Assembly (NCBI RefSeq): GCF_001194135.2
Contig: NC_068983.1
Coordinates: 11,184,914-11,248,913, forward strand
Source: Octopus bimaculoides
Taxonomy: Eukaryota
Direction of reading: 5' to 3'
Length of the DNA stretch: 64,000 bases
The position numbers and the translations under genes are program-made. Within the stretch, counting starts at the first letter, position 1. The number at the start of each line of letters is the position of its first letter. Below the pieces are notes generated by a model, which was not told where the DNA came from, did not search any database, and saw only the letters and a list, made by a program, of their open reading frames with translations. This document shows, piece after piece, positions 1 to 12,700 of the stretch.

Positions 1-246
1 CTGAATTCTTATTTCAGCTTAATCATTAAAAGTGTCAGAAACGATCAATGTTAGTAATCAATTGGAAATTTGCACCTTTTTTTTTTATTAATAGTCCTGA
101 GAGACATAGTATCCTGTAAACTTCTTAGGCTTTTTGATACAGCTAAATATAGTTGGGATTGGTAAAAATGATGTTTACTTTTAACTGTTGTGAGTTGATA
201 CTAAGTAAAAAGATTAATTATATGTATCATCATCATTATCATCATA

Positions 247-543
247 CCTATTCTATCGGTCTCTTTTTGCCGAACCGCTAAGTTACGGGGACGTAAACAC
301 ACCAGCATCGGTTGTCAAGCGATGTTGGGGGACAAACACAGACACACATACATATATATATATATTACATATATACAACGGGGCTTCTTTCAGTTTCCCT
401 CTACAAAATCCACTCACAAGGCTTTGGTTGGCCCGTGGCTATAGTAGAAGACACTCGCCCAAGGTGCCACGCAGTGGGACTGAACCCGGAACCATGTGGT
501 TGGTAAGCAAGCTACTTACCACACAGCCACTCCTACGCCTATG
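247..543 (-). mobile_element. tRNA-headed SINE family A1
   Basis: Head TGGCTGTGTGGTAAG...GGTTCAGTCC (box A/B-like), central (TA/TG)n. Confidence 0.8.
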
Positions 544-756
544 ATAATAAAATGAAAAAATTATATGCAGTTGAGGCAATATTAAACTGAAATAACCATA
601 TATGTGTCATTCTTCATGTGAATACATTGTTGAAAGGCAAATTTACTGCAGGTAATATCTTTTATGGACATGTGTCCATAAGAGATGTTATCTATAGATG
701 AGTGCAAGTTTGCGTTTCAATGATACATTTGTATTAAGTATCATGCATCGATTCTT

Positions 757-1145
757 TTATTCTTGTTTCAGTCATTTGACTACGGCCATGCTGGAGCAGT
801 ACCTTGAAATGTTTTAGTCGAACAAATTAACTCCAGAACTTATCTTTTAAGCCTAGTACTTATTCTATCGATCTTTTTTTGCCAAACTGCTAAGTTATGG
901 GGATGTAAACACACACCAGCACCAATTGTCAAGCAGTAATGGTGGGTGGGGCACAAACACAGACACAAAGACACACTCGCACACACATATATGATGAGCT
1001 TCTTACTGCTTCTGTCTATCGTATCCACTCACAAATCTTTGGTTGGCCAGAGGCTATAGAAGGCACTCACCCAAAGTGCCACTCAGTGGGACTGAACCTG
1101 GAATCATGTGGTTGGAAAGCAAGCTTTTTTCCACACAGCCATAGA
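757..1145 (-). mobile_element. SINE A1
   Basis: Same head and body plus the ...GTCAAATGACTGAAACAAG tail. Confidence 0.8.
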
Positions 1146-1646
1146 TGGCTCTGAAAAATAAACACATGGTAGAAACAGGAATTTTTCTTCTTTTTTTTTT
1201 TAAAGCAAAATATTCTTTCTCTCACTGAAGAGTGCTTAGTTCTAGTTTTCAACCCCAAACAACATTTGGAATGGCAATTTCATGCAGTTTAGGATTTGGA
1301 GACAGTTGTGGATATTTGTGGTAATAAGATTTTTAAAGAGTTGAAGAAGTAACATATAGTTGGCTAAAGTCACTAATGACATTAGCGTGAATGTAAACAT
1401 ACCTTGAAGCTAATAATTCCGAAGTAAACAAATATGGAGCAAATGTGTTTTTTTTATTTAGTAGCTAAGTTTTTAGTAATGGAATAATACAAGCTGGTAA
1501 TTAACATAGTACTATTTCTGAGCCAACATCTGAAATATTTACGGAGTAGAAAATACTTTGTGTGAAATAGTCCATTGCTTCTATAGCCGAGTCATTTTAA
1601 TGTCAAATAATCCAGTTGTTGAATTTTCTGTTGAAGTGACAATCTT

Positions 1647-1690
<44 letters not shown>
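1647..1690. repeat. (TA)n microsatellite (others near 4930, 6549, 26700, 49570)
   Basis: Perfect dinucleotide run. Confidence 0.95.
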
Positions 1691-1694
<4 letters not shown>

Positions 1695-2994
1695 TTTATT
1701 TCTTAGCTGTATAAGTAATATCTAAAAGTTATGTAGGTATTTACATAATAGTTGCAATATAAAGACTGAGTATTTTAGTGTTTTTTTCTTTCTCTCTTCT
1801 CTTTTTAATCCTGAGAGCCTTAATGGATACAGTTTCATTTATTTTCTTTACAACGTTGCATACAATATATAAAGAAAATTGATTTAAGTTGTTACATTAA
1901 CTGTTGCATTGTCGGTTACTATCGAGTAGGTTGCATTCTGCAATTGTGGCATGATGTCTGTTTATTGTAACTCTTCCTAACCTTTGAGGTATTGGAATGA
2001 AAGAGGATGCTACTGAAATGTTTCCTTTTCTGTAAATGAAAGATATCAAAGAAATCTGGGACTCATTTTTTTTTCTTTCCATTTCAACAGTCTACTTAGC
2101 TGAAAATATTTAGTTCACTACTCTGCATAGAATATTTCATTTCTGCCGTAAAGGTTACATTAGACTACTGTTTATACATTAGAATATTGTTTATGCACTT
2201 TATTGTCTCTCGCCTTCTCTATCTCAGACTCAATGCATTTTGCTCTATATCCGCAAGAAAGCACTCTGTCTGAAGATCACACTCACCAGTATTTGATAAA
2301 TACTGACCCAATGTAAAATGGTTTCTCTTTCAACCTTTGCTAGCTGCTAAATCCTTTACAGCAGATATCTTTCCACACACCCAGGGTAACTGTGTTCAAT
2401 AAAAACACATGTTAATCAAAACACTGAGCCACCATTGGGTTATATCTTTTCTCTACCAATTCTGTTTCTAATGACAGTACCATATAAACATGATAATCCT
2501 GTCTCATTGCCACTTAAAACCTATCAACTTATTTTGCCTCCCTTTCTCTGCCACTCATCAACACTATGTCACTATTTCTTTCCATTGTAGCACTTTATCC
2601 AATGCCTCCTCTTAAAACTGCCTCCATCCAGTATTAACTTCCCAATTGATACCTAGAGCTTTTCAAAGTCAATGTTAACTGTTTTAGTCTCACCAATTTA
2701 CTTCAATTCCTTAATCTAATCTTAATTCCTTCAATTCCTTAATCTAATCTAGTCTCAAATGTTTGGGCCACTGCTTCCATATAGATTAACTTACAAAAAT
2801 TACCAAAATAGAAAAGTTCTTTCTGAAACAAGCACAAAACCACAAATTTATAGAGAAATTTTTGTCTACACAAATCACTAGTTTCATCAGACTTTCGTGT
2901 TTTCCTATATTATCAGTTATTCTGGTCAATAATTGTTATCTACATATATCTTGCTGGTTAGTCACTGAAACACTATCTTCTTGCTCTTAAGAGA

Positions 2995-3285
2995 ACCTGA
3001 TTTTCATGGGAATTTGTATATTCTGACAACGTCGTTCTCATTTGCTGAAAAAAACTGTTGGACTTGGAAGCCTGATAGAGTAGTATTGAATCAAAATAGA
3101 TGGAAATATGCACATTGCTATAATTAGAACCACTAATTAGTATCAAGAATCACAAAAGACAGTTTTTGAAAAGCGAGCTGCCATGCTTAGTATACAGGAG
3201 AAGGCAGGAGACAGAAATGTGATACTCTGTAGTCAGTGGGTACACAATAGGTACAGTGTAATACTTGCTAGGTAAACCCTTGTGG
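2995..3285 (+). mobile_element. Highly decayed RTE-like ORF2 fragment
   Basis: WEFVYSDNVVLI (cf. WELLYADDLVLI) and ILCSQWVHNRYS (cf. the post-RT C..C..WVHKRCS motif); stops and frameshifts. Confidence 0.55.
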
Positions 3286-3631
3286 ACAAGTAAATAGCTG
3301 GCAGAAAGAGAAGGAATGTATTTAAGATGTAGGACTACTCTGTTTATGTAATAGGGACGTTGTTATCTAGGTAATAAAGATTTCATATTTGGTGGCTTTT
3401 AAGGTGCGTATTTAAAAACAAAAGCAAAAAAATCCCCAGAAAACCAGCCTGTTTCTTATAAATGCAAGATCAGGATTTGGGTTGGCAAGTAGTGCTTCAG
3501 ATATAACGGTGCCCTATAAAATGAACAGCAGACATGTCTTTTACCAAATTACTTCCTAGAGTTATTAGGAAGTATTTTCTAAGGTAGCAAATGTATTATA
3601 AGCAGTACTTATTTCATATGAAATAACATTC

Positions 3632-4070
3632 ATCATCATTTAACGTCCGCTTTTCATGCTAGCACGGGTTGGACGATTTGACTGGGGACTGGCGAACCAG
3701 ACTCCAATCTGATCTGGCAGAGTTTCTACAACTGGATGCCCTTCCTAATGCCAACCACTCTGAGAGTGTAGTGGGTGCTTTTTACGTGCCTTTGGCACGA
3801 GGGCCAGTTCAGCGGTACTGGCAATGGCCACACTCAAATGGTGTTTTTTTGCGTGCCACCTGAACAGGAGTCAGTCCAATGTTTTGTTCACATGCCACCG
3901 GCACAAGTGCCAGTAAAGCAAAGCTGGAAGTGATCGCGCTCAAATGATGCTTTTTACGTGCCACCGGCACGGAAGCGAGACCGCTGCTCTGGCAGTGATC
4001 TTGCTCGGTTGGTGCTGTTAGCGCTCCACTGGCACAGATGCCAGTCATTGAATTTGGTTCAGTTTCGATC
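3632..4070 (-). mobile_element. RTE 3'-UTR copy (family D) with long array
   Basis: (CAT)n-TTAACGTCCGC tail, AGGAAGGGCATCCAG core, multiple GTGCC-GGT-GGCAC units. Confidence 0.85.
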
Positions 4071-4926
4071 TATATATATAATATTAACTGACAATTGATT
4101 TTATATGGTGGTATTTAAACAAAATTAAAATAACTTTGTAGTTCAGATGGTACCTGTATTTAGAGTTGTTTATGAGACAAAAAAGCCATTTATGTGAGAA
4201 TCTTTTGTTGTGTACAAAACACCATATTAATAAATAAAAAGGTTTTAGTTGTTTGATAAAACCAGTTTAAATTTATGAGTAGTTTAAAATTGAAGGGGAT
4301 CAATAAAGTATCAGACTTCAAAAACAAAAAATAAGTACTGTGGTCGATTTGTTGGACTAAACCTTTAAAACTGGTGTCCCAGCACGGTTATACTGCAATG
4401 ACTGAAACGTGCAAAAGATAAGAGTTTCTCTCTGAGGGAAAGTCAAACTAAATGATACATATGTATGTTGTTAGGTAGCAGTGAAACATGGACAGGGAAT
4501 ACAAGTGATTTAGTAATGAGATTGGGACAACTTTGATAGGATTTACTGCAAATACAGTTATAACAAAGATTAAATGAAAAATCATGCATATGATAGATAC
4601 CCGCAATTTCTTAATATTTCTTACAGTGTAAAAAAAAAACAATTCAGTATTGAGTACAAGTCAAGCTCTTTGTGTGGAAAATAAGATATGATGATGATTT
4701 TGGCCATAGTTTCCTTTTCATTAGATTTGATATTTGTAAATATAAAAGAGGATTCTGCTTCTTTGTCATCAAGCAGTGTGTGTGTGTGTGTGTGCACCGG
4801 CACCCATTTGATTGCATAAAAATATGTATATGTACACATACTAAAATATAAATAAATGTCCTTCTAGCCTGCCAGGCGTTTAATTACAAATCAATACTAA
4901 ATACCATCTCAAGTACACTGCATGTG

Positions 4927-4972
<46 letters not shown>

Positions 4973-5200
4973 NNNNNNNNNNNNNNNNNNNNNNNNNNNN
5001 NNNNNNNNNNNNNNNNNNNNNNNNNNNNNNNNNNNNNNNNNNNNNNNNNNNNNNNNNNNNNNNNNNNNNNNNNNNNNNNNNNNNNNNNNNNNNNNNNNNN
5101 NNNNNNNNNNNNNNNNNNNNNNNNNNNNNNNNNNNNNNNNNNNNNNNNNNNNNNNNNNNNNNNNNNNNNNNNNNNNNNNNNNNNNNNNNNNNNNNNNNNN
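4973..5200. other. Assembly gap (228 N)
   Basis: Run of N. Confidence 1.
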
Positions 5201-5512
5201 AACCATGGGATTGCACCTAGAAAGTTCCCTCCGAAGCACAAGTCCGGGTATGGTTATTTTTATGGAAGACCAGTAGTCACCCATGCATACCAGGTGGCTG
5301 TTGCCAGTACCGCCTGACTGGCCCTCGTGCCGGTGGCATGTAAAAGCACCCACTACACTCTCAGAGTGGTTGGCATTAGGAAGGGCATCCAGCTGTAGGA
5401 ACTCTGCCAGATCAGATTGGAGCCTGGTGCAGCCATCCGATTCACCAGTCCTCAGTCAAATCGTCCAACCCATGCTAGCATGGAAAGCGGACATTAAACG
5501 ATGATGATGATG
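5201..5512 (+). mobile_element. Chimera: unrelated repeat fragment (5201-5290) fused to a family D 3' end
   Basis: The first part also occurs reversed at about 50345-50460; the rest matches family D. Confidence 0.7.
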
Positions 5513-6546
5513 TATCCAATTAGCTTCTGTGCTTCTCCATCTCTCAAGCTTCTTTCACAATGCTTCAGTTGTTTCAGGAAGCCTAAGCAAAAGTCAGTTG
5601 CTCAGGCTGCTACAAAGTAGGATTGAATACAAAACCATATAATTATGAAGTGGACATTGTTAACATTATGATTGTGTCTTCTGCATCATAGTATCTATGT
5701 GAGTGTGTCCATGTTTGTGTGTAAGCAGTGTAACACTGCCTTTGTTTTTTATATAATGAAGACTCCAAATGGATGAATATGCACTCACTTCAGTTCATTG
5801 TGGATGTGCATGCAAACACTAAGCCAGCCATGCACTCACCCACTTATTTACCCCTCCTGCCATCCATTCGCTCACACATCCATCTAACTTTTGGTAAACA
5901 CTTCTTGTAAATAAAGAGAAGACAAGCATTCATCTAAAAATAATTCTAGTCATTGGCATACGGTTCATTAAATTTGATTCGACATTAAACCCTTGTTGCC
6001 ATTATGAAAGCTTTTAGACCACTGCGTGTGTGTGACTTAGGTATAAAATTCATAGAAGGGCATTAGAGACAAAATTGACATATGCACATAACACCCCACA
6101 CACACACACACACACACATTCTGAATACAAGAAAGGTTGTCCGTTTTCTTTTTAATCTTCTTTGTCGTCGTTTTTTTTTTATTTTCTTGGACTACTTTTA
6201 AACTGAGCTGCCACCCACTGCTTCATTTTCAGAATACCAGAATACAGTTTCTATTAATAACTAATTCCACTGTTCTATTTTATTCTATTCTTTCTTTCTT
6301 GACTTTATGAAAGACGTTCATTTTATTTCATTTTCATTTATATTTCAAAATGTGTTACATATATTTGGAGGAAACTATGTGTATAAATCCATACTGCGGT
6401 TTCCCATTTCTAATTTTGTTTCATATTCATGAAAGCACCACATAGACATAAACAAGCAAAACATATACAAGTTTTGTTTGCTTAGCAAGGATTTTTCTCC
6501 TCCTCCTCTACCTCTTTCATCTCCTCTTTAACCTTCAGTTGACAGT

Positions 6547-6589
<43 letters not shown>

Positions 6590-6846
6590 CATTCTTTTTA
6601 TCTTGATAATATGCATCTTTTGGCAACTGTAACATACCTGTTACTGCTAACATCAGAACCAATTATTTATATAATCTCACTGCTGTAAAATGTGCATTTG
6701 CAAAAATGTCAAAATGTGTGTGTATTACATATATAGTTTCACAAACTGGGTTTGAAGATTGTAGTGCAGTAATTTATAGTGCTTGTAATTGATGCATGTT
6801 GCTCTCTGCTTAAAGCTACTAATATTACTGATGCTGGCTATTCTCC

Positions 6847-7076
6847 TTAACCATTCTGATATCAATCTGCCTGAGACTACCTCTGGCTCTCTGATACCAA
6901 CCTTATACTTGAAAGGGATCTAATTTTAAATCTTCCATTTAAAATTCCCGTCAATTTATGTTTCAAACACTAACTTAATAGTGACAAAGTTGTTTTGCTA
7001 AACTCTTCATTATTTTGTAAATTAATTGATACAAAGGCAGTGTATTTCAACAAAAATATACTAACAAAATAGTTAA
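6847..7076. mobile_element. TTAA-flanked MITE (piggyBac-like), opposite orientation to the other two copies
   Basis: TTAA at both ends, degenerate TIRs; body homologous to the 21036 and 62850 copies. Confidence 0.65.
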
Positions 7077-7511
7077 AGGAGAGTAAAAATAGTTGTTTAT
7101 GTAGGCTTCTGCCTGTGTGTACAGAGCCTTCACATCACTAAAATTTTACAATACCTCCATGGAAACTGAGCTTCTCACTATTCCAGGTTATAATAGGCCA
7201 CAGGGCATCTTGGAGTAGTTGTGGGCCTCAGAGATATGGTGTGCAGGCCTCCCACTGTATGAACATAGCCAGCTGCTTGTGAGCTACTACTTCAGTTATG
7301 AGCAAATAGTCTTACCACCTTTCATGTAAGTATATTGAGAGAAAGACGAAAGGAGAATACTCTGACAGTAAAGCAATGAGCTGGTAGTGTGCAACAGGCA
7401 GGCCGAAAAGGACAAAAGAGCTTTCAGCCAGGATGTGAGACTTGTCATCCTGGGACCATCCTTGTTACTGAGATTTATCTCATTATGGTGAAGCTAATGC
7501 TACTGAGGATG

Positions 7512-7588
7512 GCACTTCAAAATAGCACTTCAAAATAGCCCTTCAAAATAGCACTTCAAAATAGCCCTTCAAAATAGCACTTCAAAAT
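7512..7588. repeat. 13-bp minisatellite, 6 units
   Basis: GC(A/C)CTTCAAAATA x6. Confidence 0.95.
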
Positions 7589-7717
7589 CTTCCTTCTACA
7601 GGTCTCTAACAGGTTAACTACTCAATTATTTTAATTGAAATTTGAACATGTGAAAATAAGTTGTCCTGGATGGGTTGTTATTAAAAGGATGAGGTGGGAG
7701 GAGTAAAATATAATACT

Positions 7718-8169
7718 CAGCACCATCCGAGCAGGATCACTGCCAGAGCAGCGGTCTCGCTTCCGTGCTGCTGGCACGTAAAAAGCACCATTTGGGCGCG
7801 GTCGTTTCCAGCTTCGCCTTACTGATTTGTGNNNNNNNNNNTGGGCGCGGTCGTTTCCAGCTTCGCCTTACTGATTTGTGCCGGGGGCATGTGAACAAAA
7901 CATCGGACTGACTCCTGTGCAGGTGGCACGTAAAAAAACACCATTTGAGCGTGGTCATTGCCAGTACCGCCAGACTGGCCCTCGTGCTGGTGGCACATAA
8001 AAAGCACCCACTACACTCTCGGAGTGGTTGGCGTTAGGAAGGGCATCCAGCTGTAGAAACTCTGCCAGATCAGATTGGAGTCTGGTGCAGCCATTTGGTT
8101 TGCCAGTCCTCAGTCAAATCGTCCAACCCATGCTAGCCTGGAAAGCGGACGTTAAATGATGATGATGAT
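7718..8169 (+). mobile_element. Family D copy (contains 10-N gap)
   Basis: Array units, core and (GAT)n tail. Confidence 0.85.
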
Positions 8170-8299
8170 TTCTTTCTTTCTAATGCCAACAATTCCTCTT
8201 TTATTTGGTGGTCTTACTGAGCACTTTGTCATCTCTCCCTGTAACTGTTCAACTTAAACGCTGTTCTATGCAGAAAGAAAAGCTCTTGTCTCTCCTGTT

Positions 8300-8618
8300 T
8301 AACAAAGTATCTTCTGCTATAACCCCAGGTCAACCAAAGCCTTGTGAATGGGTTTCATAGACGGAAACTGTGTGTATGTGTGTCCTTGTCTTGACATCAT
8401 GTGATGGCTGTAAACAAGCATTATTATCATACAAGCAGTGTTATTCGTATCCATTCTTCTGTGAAAATATGTCTAGCCATGGGGAAATATTACCTTGTTA
8501 AGAAAGGAAACAGTTGAAGGTTGGTGATAGGAAGTGCATCCAGCCAAAAAAAAAGATGTCTCAATTAATTCCATCTCACTCATGTGAGCATGGAAATGTA
8601 GACAGTAAATGATGACAA
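8300..8618 (+). mobile_element. SINE A2 (A-type body, RTE-type tail)
   Basis: CCTTGTGAATGG...GGGGAAATATTACC...GCATCCAGC...CATGGAAA...AATGATGAC. Confidence 0.72.
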
Positions 8619-9644
8619 CTACAGAAGGGTCAGTTGTTGCAGACAAGGAGAGTAGTCATTTAAGTTGATCACATTATCTCAATGCCTAGCCTTTCAACCG
8701 ACTAAAAATTGCCAAATCTCCCTTTACTCTCTTAAAAAAAAAATGGATGATATAGCCCCTGGACACACTGTCTGAAGAACACATTAAACAATGTAAGCCT
8801 TGATACACAGTTTATAATAATGAAAAAAAAAACAAAAAAAAAACAGTATGATCAAGGCTAGTATACTTTCTGTTATAGATCTACATGTTCAGGACTGATC
8901 TGGCGTTAAGCAACAACTAGTATGAATTTCATTGAAACTCTTTCTCCAGATGGCTGAATGATAGTTTCAGTTACAGAAGTATTTGATTTCTGACCACTGA
9001 AGTATGGAGCTGAATGCTTTTTTTTTTTTCATCATTCAATTGTTTTATCATCTCTCCTAGACTACTAACAGAAAATAAAATCAGTGGTATCATTTGTTGA
9101 GATGTAAAGGTGTTTTTTGGGGGTTTTTTTTACTATGATAATGTGTACATCATCGAATTAGTTTCAATATATTAGTAGTATTATTGATTCTGGAAGGATG
9201 GAAAAATTAAGCTGACTTCATTGAAATTTGAACTCAAAATATTAAGGGATGAAACTTCACATGAAGGCATTTCATCTGATGCTCTGATATTTCTGTAAAG
9301 AACTGTTCGATTGATTTTCTATCAGCCTTTCTTTGAAGTTCATATCCAGTGAACTATATTTAATCTGTTTCATCCAGGTCACTACATCTTTTGCATTCTC
9401 TGTCCATGATTTCACTGGCATGTATTATTAACCATCGGCTGATAACATCTGCTTCAGTAGTTAATAGAAAATGCTAAATTTCGTACCCAATTCTCACAGA
9501 CACGATATTTTGAAAATATCTTTTTCTTTATCTATGTCAGAAAAAAAAAAGAGAGAAAGAGAAAGAGAATCTTGTTTTCTTAATCTTGTTTTATAAATTT
9601 GTTTAAAATGGTTCCTAACATATATATGTCATTTTGTTTTTTAG

Positions 9645-9722
9645 GTGCTGTTCAGCTTGATGATCTCATCTTGAAGAAAGATGTCTTTAACCAGTTTGGG
9701 CTGCCTTTGCAGCTCAAGAAAG
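9645..9722 (+). CDS. VPS13D: VPS13D exon e1 (chorein-N)
   Basis: ttag|...|gtctgt; (G)AVQLDDLILKKDVFNQFGLPLQLKK(G); phase 1-1, 78 nt. Confidence 0.9.
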
Positions 9723-12700
9723 GTCTGTGTTATTTTTTTATCCATAAACTTATTTACTCTTTTATTGTTTTATTGGTTCTTATGAGTTATCATAGACCTG
9801 TTAAGGAACCAGTATCCATTTTGCTGAAGCCATTGTCCTACATTTGGTATTTGAGTAAGGGAGTTTGATGCTATTACCCACTGCGTTTCTGAGACTATAA
9901 TATTGGTTCATCTGGTCTCTCATACAGTAGAATGTCCAAGTGTTGACATCTATCTGTGCAAATCCGTTATATTTTACAAGATGATCTTGAAGATATGTTT
10001 GAACTCTAAGCTATTACAGTATCTGGTCCTAATTCAGAGAGAGAGAGCAAGAAAGAGTTTTTGTAATATGCAGTTGGCATCTAGTTTCAGGATTTGCTTC
10101 TTGCAGTGCCAAAGTTTAATTTCAGTCTCAGATCTTCTATTTATAAATGAAATCATATCTCTGCTGTCTTCACTCCAGAGACTAGTTCTGTTTCTGCATA
10201 GAGAGTGTTCTCCATGTCAGACTGTCTCTTACTCAGAAGTACAATTGACATTATGAGGTGATCATTATTAGTAGCATAGCGATATTCCAGGTGGCTGAGA
10301 TCAAGTGTTTTTTAGTGAACCCACAGGACTTGTCAGGATTTAGCTTTCACAAAGACACAATGGTGCTTCATTTCTTCATCCACCTCCATGTCAGGTCTGT
10401 AGGTAGTAGTCTGTAAAATTGGAATCTACTGGTTGATCAGCAGCTATTTTTGATTCCATTGATTTAAATGCCAATTGTATTTATGTTTTGTTAGAATGAA
10501 AAACTGATTTAGCTTAGATAAGGCAGGATTTTTACAGCTGAATACATTTCTTGTTGCCAACCCTTAGAGATTTTAAAATTGTATTGTTTTTGCATTTAAT
10601 TTTCATTCTGTTTTAAATTGTCTCATATTCAATTCTGAATTGCCTGTTTTGATCTTAGATAATTTTTAGCTCATAAGATATTTATTCTTTTGTGATCATT
10701 TAATAGTTTGGCTGTGATTATTACTTAGCTGAGTTTCCCTAATTAGTGAATTTTATTAGTTCCAAATAGATGAGACAGTAAGTTTTATAACATTTTTAGT
10801 GTTGTTGGATGTGACATTTTACCATATAGTCCCATTTATAAGCCTTGTCTTGATAGTTCATGTGTATTGGCTGTTTTGTTTTAACAACCCATGTGTATGG
10901 GTAGTTTTAATTAACTGTTTTCAGTTGAAGTATTTAATTCTTGCCTAATTGCTAAATACATTCAGTTCTCAGATCATATTTTATTCATTCACGTCACTCT
11001 CTGTGTGATCGCTTTTTACATTGCAGGGATGATACGTAAGATCACCTTAAAAATCCCAGTGACACGGATTCACAGTGAACCATGGGTCATCACAATGGAA
11101 GGTGTCTACATCATTGTCGAACCTATGAAACATGCAGATGTAAGTATCAGTTTATAAAAATATTTTGTTCTCTGCTGCTTTTTGATGCGATATAATTCCA
11201 GTCCTACTGCCATGCATTTGTTGACGATTTTGCGAGCTGGCAGAATTGTTAGCTCACCAGGCAAAACACTTAGTGGCATTTCATATGTATTTACATTCTG
11301 AGTTCAAATTCCACCAAGCTCAACTTTGCCTTTCATCCTTTTGTGGGGGGGTCAATAAAATAAGCACCAATTGAGTACTGGGGTTGATGTAATTGACTTA
11401 CTTCCTCCTCTGAAATTGCTGGCCTTGTGCCAAAATTCTAAACCAATTTTGTACTAAAGCCATTATTATGTCCTTTACAATCTTTGAAAATACATTGGGT
11501 ACAGGCATAGTTTTGTGAGTCAGAAGTTCACTTTGTAGCCTTACAGTTCCAGTTTCAATCTCACTGTGCAACATTTTGGGTAAGTGCCTTTTCCCACAGC
11601 CTCAGTTCAACCAAAAATTGTAAATTTTGGTAGACACTAACTGTACTGAAGCCTGTCGTATGTGTGTGAATGAATAAATATTCCCATCATTATGGCTGAG
11701 GGTCAATAGAGACCTCTGATACAACCAATATTCTTTGCCACACACACACTGCAATCCACTCATTGTGACTCCATGCTGTCTTTGGGATGAATAGGGTTGG
11801 TGGTACTTGAGTTATCTTCCAACCTGGTTTACTGTCAAGTTTTCACTTCCTTAGCCTTCACCTCTTTGCAGGCACTCACAAGTAGTAATGGCTTAAGCCC
11901 AGAGGAGTTGTCCTTCTTCTAGTTTGGTTACCTTTCAAGGCTGCTGAGGTCAGACTGCCACTCAGTTATATCCCTTGTGTAGCTGTGGACACAGTAGTAC
12001 TTTCTCCTAGAGACATACTTTCTCTTCCAGTGGTCTTACAATACACCAAACACTAACCTGGAATTTCTATGTCCCTGTGTTTATATGTGTATATATATCA
12101 TGATCATCATTGTTTAACGTCCGCTTTCCATGCTAGCATGGGTTGAACGATTTGACTGAGGACTGGCAAGCCAGAAGGCTGCACCAGGCTCCAATCTGAT
12201 CTGGCAGAGTTTCTATAGCTGGATGCCCTTACTAACGCCAACCACTCTGAGAGTGTAGTGGGTGCTTTTACGTGCCACCAGCACGAAGGCCAGTCAGGAG
12301 GTACTGGCAACGGCCACACTCGAAATGGTGTATTTTACATGCCACCTGCACAGTATGTATACATGCACACACTCACATGCTCATGCGTACATTTCTGTCA
12401 GTGTACAATGGCAAAATTAGTACTAAGTATAAAAAGATCTTGCGATATTTCGTCCCTATTCTAGTTATTTCTCTTTATGCTTAGGTTGACTTTACCCTTC
12501 TGCCTTATGAGGTCATTAAAATAAGCACTATATACATTGCTGGCTTGATATAAATCAACTCAAACCCTTAAAGGTGGTCTTCCAGTATAGCTGTAACCAA
12601 ATGTCTCTAAAAGAATAAAGGAACAGCCTATCTTGAACCTTAATTTATCCTTATTCTTTTCTTTTACTTTTGCAGTGTGATAAGATTGAACGGAAAAAAC

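Noticed and set aside
7793-7880. Apparent 39-bp tandem duplication across the 10-N gap
   Set aside because: Identical sequence on both sides of a placeholder gap is an unmerged contig overlap.
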